From an uncultured Clostridia bacterium (GTDB lineage Bacteria > Bacillota > Clostridia > TANB77 > CAG-508), in the NCBI GenBank assembly GCA_944388775.1, contig CALXKC010000002.1:1-63412 (forward strand): a stretch of 63,412 nucleotides of DNA, written 5' to 3'. Each line of letters starts with the position of its first letter. Position 1 is the first letter of the stretch. Under the pieces are notes generated by a model that had not been told where the DNA came from, did not search any database, and worked only from the letters and a program-made list of their open reading frames with translations. Shown here piece by piece: positions 33,424-42,923 of the stretch. The position numbers were made by a program, and so were the translations under genes.

Positions 33424-35871
33424 ATGTTTCAAAATATGGATGGAAATGCAATAAATGTAAATGAAGAAAAAAAGAAAGTAAAAAGTGGAGTAAATATTTT
33501 TTCAAATGTATTTACAAAGAAAAATATATTAATATACATAGTATCATTATTAGTATCATTAGTAAGTATAGGATGGGACTTTTCAGTATTTAGCATAAGT
33601 TTATTAGGTGCTTGTTTAGGCTCATCTGTACCTGTACTTGGAATTGTACTAATTTCATTAGTAGGAAATGGTATTAAATTTGGAGTAGGAGGGGCATTAG
33701 AATACTTTTTAACAACATTAGTTCTAGTAGTATCTCTTTTCATATTTAAACCAAGATATAACGAAAATGAAAGAAATGAAAAAATAAGAATAGGAAAAAA
33801 TATCTTTTTAGCAACAATTATAATACAAATAGCAAAATATGCAATTTCAGGATTTACGCTTTATGATATATTATCAGGAATTACAGTATCAATAATTGCA
33901 ATGGTATTTTATAAAATATTTGTAAATTCTATTGTAGTATTACAAGACTTCAGAGAAAAAAAGGCATTTTCAATTGAAGAATTAATGGGAGCAAGTCTGT
34001 TGCTTGCGATTTCCGTAGGAGCATTTGGAGATTTTAACATAGTAGGATTTAATATTAGAAACATATTAAGCATATTTATAGTAATGGCATTAGGATGGAA
34101 AAATGGAATTTTAGTTGGGACAACCTCTGGAGTAACAATAGGAGTTACTTTAGGAGTAATAACAGGTTCAGAGCCAATTATGATAGCAGCATATGCAATA
34201 TCAGGTATGCTTGCAGGAATATTCAATAAACTAGGAAAAATTGGAGTAATAATAGGATTTGCATTAGGAAATGTGCTACTTGCATATGTTTCAAATGGAT
34301 ATACTGTAGAATTAATATATTTTAAAGAAATATTAGTAGCATCAATAGGATTATTATTATTACCAAAAAATTTTCAAATTGATTTAGAAGAGTTTATAGG
34401 AAATTCAAAATTTTTACCAGTTACACCAAATGGAGCACTAAATAAAAGTAAAGAAGTTGCAGAAAACTTAACACATGTATCAGATGCAATAAAAGAAATG
34501 GCAACATCATATAGAGGAAATATCGAAGATGCAAGTGATGTAGAAATAAAAGAAAAAAATAAAGAAATATTTATGACAGAATTATTAAATAATTTAGAGC
34601 CATATAAAGATAATATGCTATATGATGACATAGCAAATCCAGAAAGTGAAATCACACAAAAAATATTTGAATATTTATTAGATAAACAAGAAATAGACAG
34701 AAAAGCATTATTACAAATATTTGCAGATTGTAATAGCTATGTTGTAGGATTTGATGATAAAGAAGTTAGTCAATATTTAGAAGACAATATATCTCAAATG
34801 ATTACATTAATAAACATTTCATATAAAGTTAGTAAGAATGATTTTATATGGAGGAAAAAGATAGAGCAGAGCCAAAAAAATATAGGAAATCAATTAACGG
34901 CAATGTCAAAAGCCATAGAAAAAATGGCAAAAGGAATGAAACAAGAAATACAAGAAGAAGCAAGCGGAAAAAGTGAAAATTATCAAAAAGAAACAATAGA
35001 AATTACAGAACTTTTAAAACAAAAAGATATACAAGTAGAAGAAATATCAATACAAAAACAAGATAGATTTTTTGTTACAATATATGCAAAAGAGATATTA
35101 GAAACAGCAAAGATAGAATTAATTGAAAAACTACTAACAAAGAGTTTAAATGAAAAAATAGTATTAAATGACGAAACGAGTGTTGGAACAAAATACACAT
35201 TTTTATCAGATGATAGATTTGAAATGGCAATAGGAAATAGTATGGCAACAAAATCAAAAAGTGAAGTATCAGGGGATAGTGTATTAAATATAAGATTAAA
35301 AGATGGAAAATACCTAGTTGCAATAAGTGATGGAATGGGAACAGGAAATCAAGCTAAGAAAAGCAGTACACAAGCTTTAAAAATGCTAGAAAACTTGCTA
35401 TTGTCAGGCTTTGATAAAAAAACATCATTAGACTTAATAAACTCATCATTAATAAATCAGGATAATGAAGTATTTGCAACACTAGACATAGCAATTGTAG
35501 ACTTATATAACGGAAACATAGAATTTATAAAAAGTGGAGCATGTCCAACATACATAAAAAACAATAAAAGAGTACAAATAATAAAAGCAAATTCATTACC
35601 AACAGGAATAATAGAAAAAGGAAACATACAAACATTTGACTATGACATAAACTCAGGTGATATTCTATTAATGTGCACAGATGGAGTATTAGACGCAAAC
35701 ATAGAATACAAAAATAAAGACCTATGGTTAAAATACTTATTAGAAGACATAGAAACAACAAATACAGGAAAAATAGCAGACTTAATATTAAATGAAGCAA
35801 TAGACAACAACTTTGGAGTAATAAAAGATGATATGAGTATAATAGTATGCAAATTCAAAAAGAGGGATTAG
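33424..35871 (+). CDS. spoIIE: stage II sporulation protein E (PP2C phosphatase SpoIIE)
   Basis: ATG at 33424 follows the AGAGGTGG RBS. The N-terminal third is polytopic membrane. The C-terminal PP2C motifs are SGDSVLNI....AISDGMGTGNQA and DDMSIIV. Confidence 0.9.
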   Translation: MFQNMDGNAINVNEEKKKVKSGVNIFSNVFTKKNILIYIVSLLVSLVSIGWDFSVFSISLLGACLGSSVPVLGIVLISLVGNGIKFGVGGALEYFLTTLVLVVSLFIFKPRYNENERNEKIRIGKNIFLATIIIQIAKYAISGFTLYDILSGITVSIIAMVFYKIFVNSIVVLQDFREKKAFSIEELMGASLLLAISVGAFGDFNIVGFNIRNILSIFIVMALGWKNGILVGTTSGVTIGVTLGVITGSEPIMIAAYAISGMLAGIFNKLGKIGVIIGFALGNVLLAYVSNGYTVELIYFKEILVASIGLLLLPKNFQIDLEEFIGNSKFLPVTPNGALNKSKEVAENLTHVSDAIKEMATSYRGNIEDASDVEIKEKNKEIFMTELLNNLEPYKDNMLYDDIANPESEITQKIFEYLLDKQEIDRKALLQIFADCNSYVVGFDDKEVSQYLEDNISQMITLINISYKVSKNDFIWRKKIEQSQKNIGNQLTAMSKAIEKMAKGMKQEIQEEASGKSENYQKETIEITELLKQKDIQVEEISIQKQDRFFVTIYAKEILETAKIELIEKLLTKSLNEKIVLNDETSVGTKYTFLSDDRFEMAIGNSMATKSKSEVSGDSVLNIRLKDGKYLVAISDGMGTGNQAKKSSTQALKMLENLLLSGFDKKTSLDLINSSLINQDNEVFATLDIAIVDLYNGNIEFIKSGACPTYIKNNKRVQIIKANSLPTGIIEKGNIQTFDYDINSGDILLMCTDGVLDANIEYKNKDLWLKYLLEDIETTNTGKIADLILNEAIDNNFGVIKDDMSIIVCKFKKRD

Positions 35872-35892
35872 GGGACGGTCCTAAAAATCCCT
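35864..35892 (+). repeat. GGGAC-box repeat, type 1, left half only
   Basis: Sequence is gggattaggggacggtcctaaaaatccct. It overlaps the final codons (..RD) and the TAG stop of spoIIE. Confidence 0.8.
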
Positions 35893-35933
35893 TTTATGAT
35901 ATATTTTAGTTGCTAGAAAAGGAGGCAAATAAT

Positions 35934-37454
35934 TTGAGCAGAGGAAAGAGATACGAAGAACCAAAACTAAATTTAAAAAAAGTTTTTGCAGTGATAATAG
36001 CATTTGTAGTATTAATAATGTTTATATTTATGATAAGAGGGTTATTTGAAAGAGATGGAGAACAAACAAGAATAACAAGCAAGGACTACTTTGCAGCATT
36101 TCAAAATAACAAATGGGGGATTATTGATTCAACAGGAGCAGTAGTTATTGATCCATCATATGAAGAAATGATGGTAGTTCCAAATAGCAAAAAAGATGTA
36201 TTTTTATGTACTTTTGATGTGAATTATGAAACAGGAGAATATAGTACAAAAGCTCTAAATAGTAAGAATGAAGAAATATTTACACAATATAATCAAATAG
36301 AGCCATTACAAGCAGTTGATAAAAATGGACAAGTAAGTTATATCAGTAATGCTCTAAAAGTTCAAAAAGATGGAAAATACGGTCTTATTGATTTAGACGG
36401 AAATGAATTGCAACCTTGTCAATATGACTCAATTTCAACTCTTGAAGGAAAACAAGACGTAATAAAAGTACAAAAAGATGGAAAATATGGTCTTATAGAT
36501 GTTAAAGGAAAAGAAATAATATTAGTACAGTATGCTGATATAAGAACATTAAAGGCTGATGATACAACAAACTATTTAGTTCAAAACGACGAAGGAAAAT
36601 ATGGAATTATTAGCAACAGTAATCAAGTAGTCTTAGAGCCAAATTATGATGAAATAAAAGATGTTTATACAAGTAATTATTATGTTATACAACAAGGTGA
36701 AGCAGAAAAATTAATTAGAAAAGATGGCACAGATGTTTTAACAACTGGATTTGATGAAATTACAGGAATATTAAAAAATGAAGAAAATGGTGTAATATTT
36801 AAGCAAAATGAAAAATATGGAATTATGAATATGTCAGGAGAAATCACACTAAATCCAACATATGATGATTTAAAAGAAGCTAAAACAGGAATATTTATTG
36901 CCAAGCAAGGTGGAAAATATGGCATAATAGATTTGGCAGGTGCTGAAAAATTAGGATTTACGTATCAAAGTTTAAATTATTATGAAAAAGCAGATTTATA
37001 TGTAGGAGAAGATGAAAACTTTAATAATTCAATAATTAATGGAAACTTTGAAGTGAAACAAACAGGTATTTTAATTGATGTTGACGAAGAAGAAGGTTAT
37101 TTTGAATTAAGACAAGACGATGCAAACAAATATTATGATTTTTCATTTAATGAGAAAAAAGAATCAGATATATTTAAAACTCGTACATTATTTGTAAGTA
37201 AAAAAGATGGAAAATATGGTTTTGTTGATAAAGATGGAAAGGTGGTTGTAGATTATATTTATGATGATGCGACTTCACAAAATAATTTTGGATATGCAGC
37301 AGTAAAGAAAGATGGGAAATGGGGAAGTATTGATGATAAAGGTACAGTAATTCAAGAGCCTACTTATAATTTAGATGATTATTTGACAATTGATTTTATA
37401 GGTAGATGGCATTATGGAAAAGATGTTAATATGAATTACTACAACCAATTGTAG
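35934..37454 (+). CDS. WG-repeat (KWG) protein, membrane-anchored
   Basis: TTG at 35934 lies 7 nt after the AAAGGAGG RBS. An N-terminal TM helix is present. There are at least 8 repeats of the DGKYG(L/I)ID..G type. Confidence 0.8.
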   Translation: MSRGKRYEEPKLNLKKVFAVIIAFVVLIMFIFMIRGLFERDGEQTRITSKDYFAAFQNNKWGIIDSTGAVVIDPSYEEMMVVPNSKKDVFLCTFDVNYETGEYSTKALNSKNEEIFTQYNQIEPLQAVDKNGQVSYISNALKVQKDGKYGLIDLDGNELQPCQYDSISTLEGKQDVIKVQKDGKYGLIDVKGKEIILVQYADIRTLKADDTTNYLVQNDEGKYGIISNSNQVVLEPNYDEIKDVYTSNYYVIQQGEAEKLIRKDGTDVLTTGFDEITGILKNEENGVIFKQNEKYGIMNMSGEITLNPTYDDLKEAKTGIFIAKQGGKYGIIDLAGAEKLGFTYQSLNYYEKADLYVGEDENFNNSIINGNFEVKQTGILIDVDEEEGYFELRQDDANKYYDFSFNEKKESDIFKTRTLFVSKKDGKYGFVDKDGKVVVDYIYDDATSQNNFGYAAVKKDGKWGSIDDKGTVIQEPTYNLDDYLTIDFIGRWHYGKDVNMNYYNQL

Positions 37455-37494
37455 TTGAAAAGTTACAATTTACAGCAATTTAAATAGTTAGTAT

Positions 37495-37616
37495 CAAATG
37501 ATATATTTATATATTTTTGCATAATCCCCATTCAAGAAAATGTAATTCACTAACGTTCAAACATTTTCTAGAAAGGTCCCCCCAATATACTTCAAAATAT
37601 CTAAATATATCATTTG
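37495..37616 (+). repeat. ~120-nt structured hairpin element (MITE-like), copy 2
   Basis: The core is near-identical to 9761-9884 and in the same orientation. The outer stem ends differ (caaatgat.../...atcatttg) but remain complementary. Confidence 0.85.
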
Positions 37617-37699
37617 CTAATGCAAAAGTATTAAAAGTGACTGTGAATTGTGAGGTAAAAATAATTATAATAATAAATTCAAAAGAGAAGGTGATAATT

Positions 37700-38935
37700 G
37701 TGGAACTAAAGACGAACTACCAATACACATATTTTATTCATCCATTTATAATAAAAAATGGACAATATCAAAAATACATTTTAAAAATGCTAAAAGACGA
37801 AAATTGTAAATTAAAAATCTTTCAAAAAGAAAAAGATTTTAAGATGTATAAATACTTTTTACCTAAGACAAGAGAATTCTTATTTTCAAGTTTTAGTATG
37901 AGTAATGAAAAAGTAAAACAACTAGAAGAACTACCAATTGAAACAAGAGCAGCACTTTTGGCTAAATATCAATGTAACATATTTGAATATCATTTAAAAA
38001 AAGATATTCAAGCAAAGGTGCAAGATAAATCAGGAATATTCTTCAAAATACAAAAGATAGAAGTTATATGTTTTCAAACTGGAATAGCATTTTTAGTAAT
38101 AAAAACAACTTTAGATGAATATGAAAAATTTTCAAATGTATTAAATTTTAATTACAAATTTAGAAATATTAATAATGAATTATCTGATTTAGAAAATTAT
38201 GATAATATCTCAATACAAACAGATAGTTTTGCAACTGCTCAAAGTTTTAGAGATTTTGTTAGAAAGATTACAGGAGGAAAATCTGAGGCATTAAAACTAA
38301 ATATAGATACAGAGAGTTTTTTGACATATTCATATGTTTGTGTAGACCAAGAAGCATGGAATCCAACTACACAATTTGAGAATATTCAATATTACTTCAA
38401 TAAGTATGCAAATATATTGCCAGCAGACAATAGTATAGAACTAGATAATGAAAAAGTAGAGACGTTTTCAAAGTGGAAATATGCAAAATTAGGATTAACT
38501 AAATTAGGAATGACTTTGTTTTCTTCAACAAGTGATATGAATAATTATACCATTCTTCCAGAGGAATATGAAAATCAATATTTTTATACATATATTATTA
38601 ATTTGTATAAGAAAATATATTTAAAGAAACTTGAAAATGATTTTAAAAATAGAAATAATATTAAAAAAGCAAGAAGAAAATTTATTGAGTTTACTAAAAA
38701 GATGTGGATTCAAGAAATAACAGATGATGAGACAGGTACATTATTAAATCACAAATTGCAAGAGGTATTCGAATTAGAAAAACTATATGCAGAAGTGAAA
38801 AACAAATATGATGTATTATATAAAGAGTTGAATATTGAAAGAAATAGAAATTCATTAATAATAATTTCTGTAATATTAGTGATTTCATTAATACTTAATA
38901 TTTTAAATTTTATAGTTTTAACAAATAATAGGTAA
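37700..38935 (+). CDS. hypothetical tail-anchored membrane protein (unknown family)
   Basis: GTG at 37700 follows the GAGAAGG RBS; the track start at 37517 runs through the repeat element. About 411 aa, with a predicted coiled coil before a single C-terminal TM helix (LIIISVILVISLILNILNFIVL). Confidence 0.6.
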   Translation: MELKTNYQYTYFIHPFIIKNGQYQKYILKMLKDENCKLKIFQKEKDFKMYKYFLPKTREFLFSSFSMSNEKVKQLEELPIETRAALLAKYQCNIFEYHLKKDIQAKVQDKSGIFFKIQKIEVICFQTGIAFLVIKTTLDEYEKFSNVLNFNYKFRNINNELSDLENYDNISIQTDSFATAQSFRDFVRKITGGKSEALKLNIDTESFLTYSYVCVDQEAWNPTTQFENIQYYFNKYANILPADNSIELDNEKVETFSKWKYAKLGLTKLGMTLFSSTSDMNNYTILPEEYENQYFYTYIINLYKKIYLKKLENDFKNRNNIKKARRKFIEFTKKMWIQEITDDETGTLLNHKLQEVFELEKLYAEVKNKYDVLYKELNIERNRNSLIIISVILVISLILNILNFIVLTNNR

Positions 38936-38973
38936 TAGCAATTTAAAATAACAAATTTTAATATAAAATAAAA

Positions 38974-39002
38974 GAAAAGTTTCATTATAATGAAACTTTT
39001 TC
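38974..39002 (+). terminator. Rho-independent terminator
   Basis: Stem gaaaagtttcat / atgaaacttttc with a 4-nt loop. Confidence 0.7.
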
Positions 39003-39019
39003 TAAAAGAGGAGTAAAAA

Positions 39020-39382
39020 ATGCAGATAACTTGTGGAACAGATATAATTGAAATAGAAAGAATTAAAGAGAGTATAGAAGATTTAGGTGAAAAGTTTCTA
39101 AATAGAATTTATACACAAAAAGAAATTGAATATTGTGAAAGTAAGAAAGGTCAAAAATATCAGCATTATGCTGCTAGATTTGCTGCAAAAGAGGCAATAT
39201 TTAAAGCAATTTCAAAAGAATTAAAAGATAAATATGAAATAGGTTGGAAAGACATGGAGATTTTAAATGATGTGCAGGGAAGGCCACAAGTTAAAATTAA
39301 AGGAGTCCAAAGAGAAAATATAGATATCAGCATTTCGCATTGTAGGGATTATGCTGTAGCAATGGTGGTGATGTCCATTTAG
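39020..39382 (+). CDS. acpS: holo-[acyl-carrier-protein] synthase
   Basis: 120 aa with a GAGGAG RBS. Motifs are GTDIIEIERI and ARFAAKEAIFKA. Confidence 0.9.
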   Translation: MQITCGTDIIEIERIKESIEDLGEKFLNRIYTQKEIEYCESKKGQKYQHYAARFAAKEAIFKAISKELKDKYEIGWKDMEILNDVQGRPQVKIKGVQRENIDISISHCRDYAVAMVVMSI

Positions 39383-39429
39383 GGACGTTTCTAAATGAGA
39401 CAATTTGTCCTTTTTGGGACGCATTTGTC
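39372..39429 (+). repeat. GGGAC-box repeat, type 3
   Basis: Sequence is tgtccatttagggacgtttctaaatgagacaatttgtcctttttgggacgc. It is about 80 percent identical to the reverse complement of 44864-44916 and covers the last codons and stop of acpS. Confidence 0.8.
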
Positions 39430-39480
39430 TTTTATAATTAGATTATGAAACAAAAAGTTCAAAAACACGAAACAGAAAAG

Positions 39481-39572
39481 CACAAAATTATGAAATAAAA
39501 TGCCACAAAATTACGAAGTAAAGAACCACAAAAATATGAAATAAAATACCACAAAATATTGAAACAAACAAA
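39481..39572 (+). repeat. 23-nt tandem direct repeat, 4 units
   Basis: Units are cacaaaattatgaaataaaatgc / cacaaaattacgaagtaaagaac / cacaaaaatatgaaataaaatac / cacaaaatattgaaacaaacaaa, with exact 23-nt phasing. Confidence 0.8.
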
Positions 39573-39626
39573 AAATCATGATATAATAACTATAAAAGTT
39601 AGTATATTATTCTAGGAGATGATTTT

Positions 39627-40895
39627 GTGAAATATATAAAGAGAATAATAGATAATGAAATAAAAGAAAAATTGTCTATTATGGGTGCCATAGTGATAAA
39701 AGGGCCAAAATGGTGTGGTAAAACCACAAGTGCAAAACAAATAGCAAAAAGTGTTTTAGAAATGCAAAATCCTGATTTGCAAGAAAATTATATTGAGCTG
39801 GCAGATACAAAACCATCATTATTGTTGGAAGGTGAAAAACCAAGATTAATAGATGAGTGGCAATTAGCACCAAAACTTTGGAATGCTGTGAGATACTCAG
39901 TTGATGAAATAGGTCTACCAAATCAATATATTCTTACAGGCTCTTCAACACCAGTAGAGGATTCTTCTTTACATAGTGGTGTAGGGAGATTTGCGTTTGT
40001 AACTATGAAGCCAATGACACTATTTGAAAGTGGAGATTCTAACGGTAAGATTTCTTTGAGTGATATCTTAAATGGTAATAGAGAAATTGATGGTATAAAG
40101 ACAGATTTGGGATATGAAGAAATTGCATATGTATTATGTAGAGGTGGATGGCCAGCTTCAATAAATTTAGATAAAAATAAATCTTTAGAAATATCTAAAA
40201 ATTATATAGATGTACTTTGTGAGTCTGATATTTCAAGAGTAGATGGTGTCCATAGAAATCCAAATTTGGCAAGAGCTATTTTAAAGTCATATGCTAGGCA
40301 GGTATCAACAATAGATTCAAATCAATCATTAATTGATGATGTAAAAGCAAATTATGCAGATGTAAGTGATAGAACTATATTAGAATATCTAAGCGTCTTA
40401 AAAAGGTTATATATTATAGAAGATATAGAAGCATGGAATCCAAATATAAGAAGCAAGACTGCAATTAGAACGGCTCCGAAGAAAAGTATGATTGATCCAT
40501 CTTTAGCAGTTGCTGCTTTAGGGGTATCACCAAAAGAGATAATGTTAGATATAAGAACATATGGATTACTATTTGAAAATTTAGTTAATAGAGATTTAAG
40601 TGTGTATGTGAGTTCACTTGGTGGAATTTTAAAGCATTATCGAGATAGATATAATTTGGAATGTGATAATGTTATCCATTTTAATGATGGAAGATATGCG
40701 TTAATAGAAACTAAACTAGGAGGAACAAGAATTAAAGAAGCAGAAGAACATTTAATAGCGTTAAGGGAATTGATAATGAAAAACCAGCCTAAAATAGGAA
40801 AACCAGAATTTTTAATGGTTATTACAGCCACTAATATGGCTTATACAACAGAGAGTGGTGTAATGGTCGTACCAATAGGATGTTTGAAAAACTAA
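39627..40895 (+). CDS. AAA-type ATP-binding protein (AAA_14 + DUF4143-like architecture)
   Basis: GTG start with a TAGGAG RBS. Walker A is KGPKWCGKTT and the putative Walker B is LIDEWQ. The ~420-aa length and C-terminal region are typical of the DUF4143 ATPase family. Confidence 0.7.
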   Translation: MKYIKRIIDNEIKEKLSIMGAIVIKGPKWCGKTTSAKQIAKSVLEMQNPDLQENYIELADTKPSLLLEGEKPRLIDEWQLAPKLWNAVRYSVDEIGLPNQYILTGSSTPVEDSSLHSGVGRFAFVTMKPMTLFESGDSNGKISLSDILNGNREIDGIKTDLGYEEIAYVLCRGGWPASINLDKNKSLEISKNYIDVLCESDISRVDGVHRNPNLARAILKSYARQVSTIDSNQSLIDDVKANYADVSDRTILEYLSVLKRLYIIEDIEAWNPNIRSKTAIRTAPKKSMIDPSLAVAALGVSPKEIMLDIRTYGLLFENLVNRDLSVYVSSLGGILKHYRDRYNLECDNVIHFNDGRYALIETKLGGTRIKEAEEHLIALRELIMKNQPKIGKPEFLMVITATNMAYTTESGVMVVPIGCLKN

Positions 40896-40920
40896 AATAG
40901 AAATGTTTTGAGGGGGTAGT

Positions 40921-41712
40921 ATGGAATTTTTTGATAGTCATGCACATTTAGATGATGAAAAATTTGATGAAGATAGAGAAGAAATCATAGAAAAAATAAA
41001 AATAAGTGGAGTTACAAGATTAATCAGTGCGGGATATAGTTTAGAAGGCTCAAAAAAAGCAGTAGAATTATCAAAAAAATATGATTTTATTTATGCAACT
41101 TGTGGTATCTCACCAAATGATATTCCACAAACTGAAGAAGAATTGTGGAAAAATATAAGCGAAATAAAGCAAATCACAACAAATAATTCAAAAGTTGTTG
41201 CAATTGGTGAAATAGGTTTAGATTATTATTGGGAAAAAGATATTGAAAGAAGAAAATTACAAAGAAAAGCATTTATTAAACAAATTAAGTTGGCAAATGA
41301 ATTGCAATTACCAATAGTAATTCATACAAGAGAAGCGGTAATGAATACACTTCAAATATTGAAAGAAAATGAAGTATTAAAAAAAGGAGTATTTCATTGT
41401 TGTCCATTAAATAGAGAACTTGTAAAAGAAGCATTAAAATTGGGATTTTATATATCATTTGCAGGACCAATAACTTTTAAAAATTCAAAAAATGCATCTG
41501 AAATAATAGAACTGGTACCAAATAATAGAATGCTAATAGAAACAGATAGTCCATATCTTTCACCAGAACCATTGAGAGGAAAAAGAAATGATTCTAGAAA
41601 CGTAAAATTAATGGCACAAAAAATAGCAGAAGTTAAAAAAATGCCACTAGAAGAAGTGGCAAAAATAACGTATGAAAATGCAATTTCGTTATTTGGGGAC
41701 ATGCCAAAATGA
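40921..41712 (+). CDS. tatD: TatD-family metal-dependent DNase/hydrolase
   Basis: 263 aa with motifs FDSHAHLD, GEIGLDY, HTREA and ETDSPYL. Confidence 0.9.
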   Translation: MEFFDSHAHLDDEKFDEDREEIIEKIKISGVTRLISAGYSLEGSKKAVELSKKYDFIYATCGISPNDIPQTEEELWKNISEIKQITTNNSKVVAIGEIGLDYYWEKDIERRKLQRKAFIKQIKLANELQLPIVIHTREAVMNTLQILKENEVLKKGVFHCCPLNRELVKEALKLGFYISFAGPITFKNSKNASEIIELVPNNRMLIETDSPYLSPEPLRGKRNDSRNVKLMAQKIAEVKKMPLEEVAKITYENAISLFGDMPK

Positions 41713-41813
41713 GCAAAAAATGCACAAAAGGGACAGACCTAAGTGTTAATAGAAATTAACGTTTAAAAGGTCTGTCCCTTTTGGTATCATTTTGAAACGA
41801 TTTGGCACGTCCC
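41696..41813. repeat. GGGAC-box repeat, type 2, complete inverted pair (also the bidirectional terminator hairpin between tatD and htpX)
   Basis: The left unit is gggacatgccaaaatgagcaaaaaatgcacaaaagggacagacc. The right unit is its inverted counterpart ggtctgtcccttttggtatcattttgaaacgatttggcacgtccc. A 15-bp stem aaaagggacagacct / aggtctgtccctttt forms, and the left unit overlaps the tatD 3' end. Confidence 0.85.
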
Positions 41814-41816
41814 TAA

Positions 41817-42719
41817 TTAGTTCAAATTTCTTAAGGCTTCAATTCTATCTTCTATGCTTGGGTGAGTAGACCAAATGCTAGAAGATTTTTTCTTGCCTTC
41901 TTTAGTATTTTTCTTAAATGGATTTACAATATACATATTAGCAGTTGCACTATTTGCAGTTTGTAATTGATTTTCATCAGCGTCAAGTTTTTGCAGAGCA
42001 GAAATTAATCCTTCTGGATTTCTGGTAAATTCGACTGCCGTGCTATCAGCCAGAAATTCTCTTTTTCTAGATAAAGCAAGTTGCATTAGAGAGCCAAATA
42101 TAGGTGATAAAATCAAGAAAACAAGTCCAATTAACATTAAAATACCATTTCCTTTATTATCACTATCTCTATCTCCCATTCCTCCCCAGAATAAAAACCT
42201 AGAAAATAAATCTGCTAACATTACAATAAATCCTACCATAACAGAAACTACACAACTTAAAAGAATATCATAATTTTTGATATGACTTAACTCATGAGCG
42301 ACAACACCTTCCAACTCATAGTAATCTAATTTTTCTAATAAACCAGTTGTGACACAAATTACTGCATTTTTAGGATTTCTACCTGTTGCAAATGCATTTG
42401 GTTGAGGATCATCAACTACGTATAATCTAGGTTTGTATTCTAAACCAGATGCGACCATTAAAGAATCAAGAATATTTACTAATTTTAAATCTTCTTCTTT
42501 AGTCGCTGGTCTAGCTCTATTAATTGAAAGTACAATTTTGTCACTATAATAATATGATCCCCAAGCTGTTGCAATTGAGAATACTAAAGCAATTACAATT
42601 GACAAACTTCCTAATCTTAAAGCATGACAAATATAATATACAATTAATGTTATTACAAGGATAAAGATTGCTACAATTATTCCTGATTCAATTTTATTCT
42701 TTTTTATACTTTTAAACAT
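41817..42719 (-). CDS. htpX: zinc metalloprotease HtpX (M48)
   Basis: 300 aa with four TM segments and the HELSHIKNYD (HExxH) motif. Confidence 0.9.
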   Translation of the reverse strand: MFKSIKKNKIESGIIVAIFILVITLIVYYICHALRLGSLSIVIALVFSIATAWGSYYYSDKIVLSINRARPATKEEDLKLVNILDSLMVASGLEYKPRLYVVDDPQPNAFATGRNPKNAVICVTTGLLEKLDYYELEGVVAHELSHIKNYDILLSCVVSVMVGFIVMLADLFSRFLFWGGMGDRDSDNKGNGILMLIGLVFLILSPIFGSLMQLALSRKREFLADSTAVEFTRNPEGLISALQKLDADENQLQTANSATANMYIVNPFKKNTKEGKKKSSSIWSTHPSIEDRIEALRNLN

Positions 42720-42863
42720 TTGACAATTAATTTTTTCGTATAAATAGTTTTTAAGGTTAAATATTAATAATAGTATGATAAGTTTATTATACGAATTTCT
42801 CCTTTCATCTTATTAAATAAGAGACATCTTTAATAGATAAAGAATGTCCCTCTTTTGTTTGAA

Positions 42864-42918
42864 GGTCCGTCCCTCAATCCCTAAAAACAGGGATTTTAAG
42901 GACCGTCCCCCGAATCCC
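42864..42918 (-). repeat. GGGAC-box hairpin repeat, type 1 (inverted orientation)
   Basis: The reverse complement reads gggattcgggggacggtccttaaaatccctgtttttagggattgagggacggacc. It lies between lemA and htpX. Confidence 0.85.
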
Positions 42919-42923
42919 TCTTT

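Noticed and set aside
33429-35858. Minus-strand ORFs inside spoIIE (33429-33743, 33909-34226, 34374-34655 and others)
   Set aside because: They are antisense to a well-supported SpoIIE ORF with intact membrane and PP2C domains.
37517-37699. Upstream extension of the 472-aa track ORF
   Set aside because: The extension reads through the 120-nt hairpin element (37495-37616) and has no RBS. GTG at 37700 follows a GAGAAGG RBS.
39481-39572. Possible CRISPR array
   Set aside because: The 23-nt units are directly adjacent with no spacers. They are AT-rich and non-palindromic, and no cas genes are nearby. It is a simple tandem repeat.
42040-42273. 77-aa plus-strand ORF
   Set aside because: It is antisense to htpX, which has the HExxH motif and TM segments.
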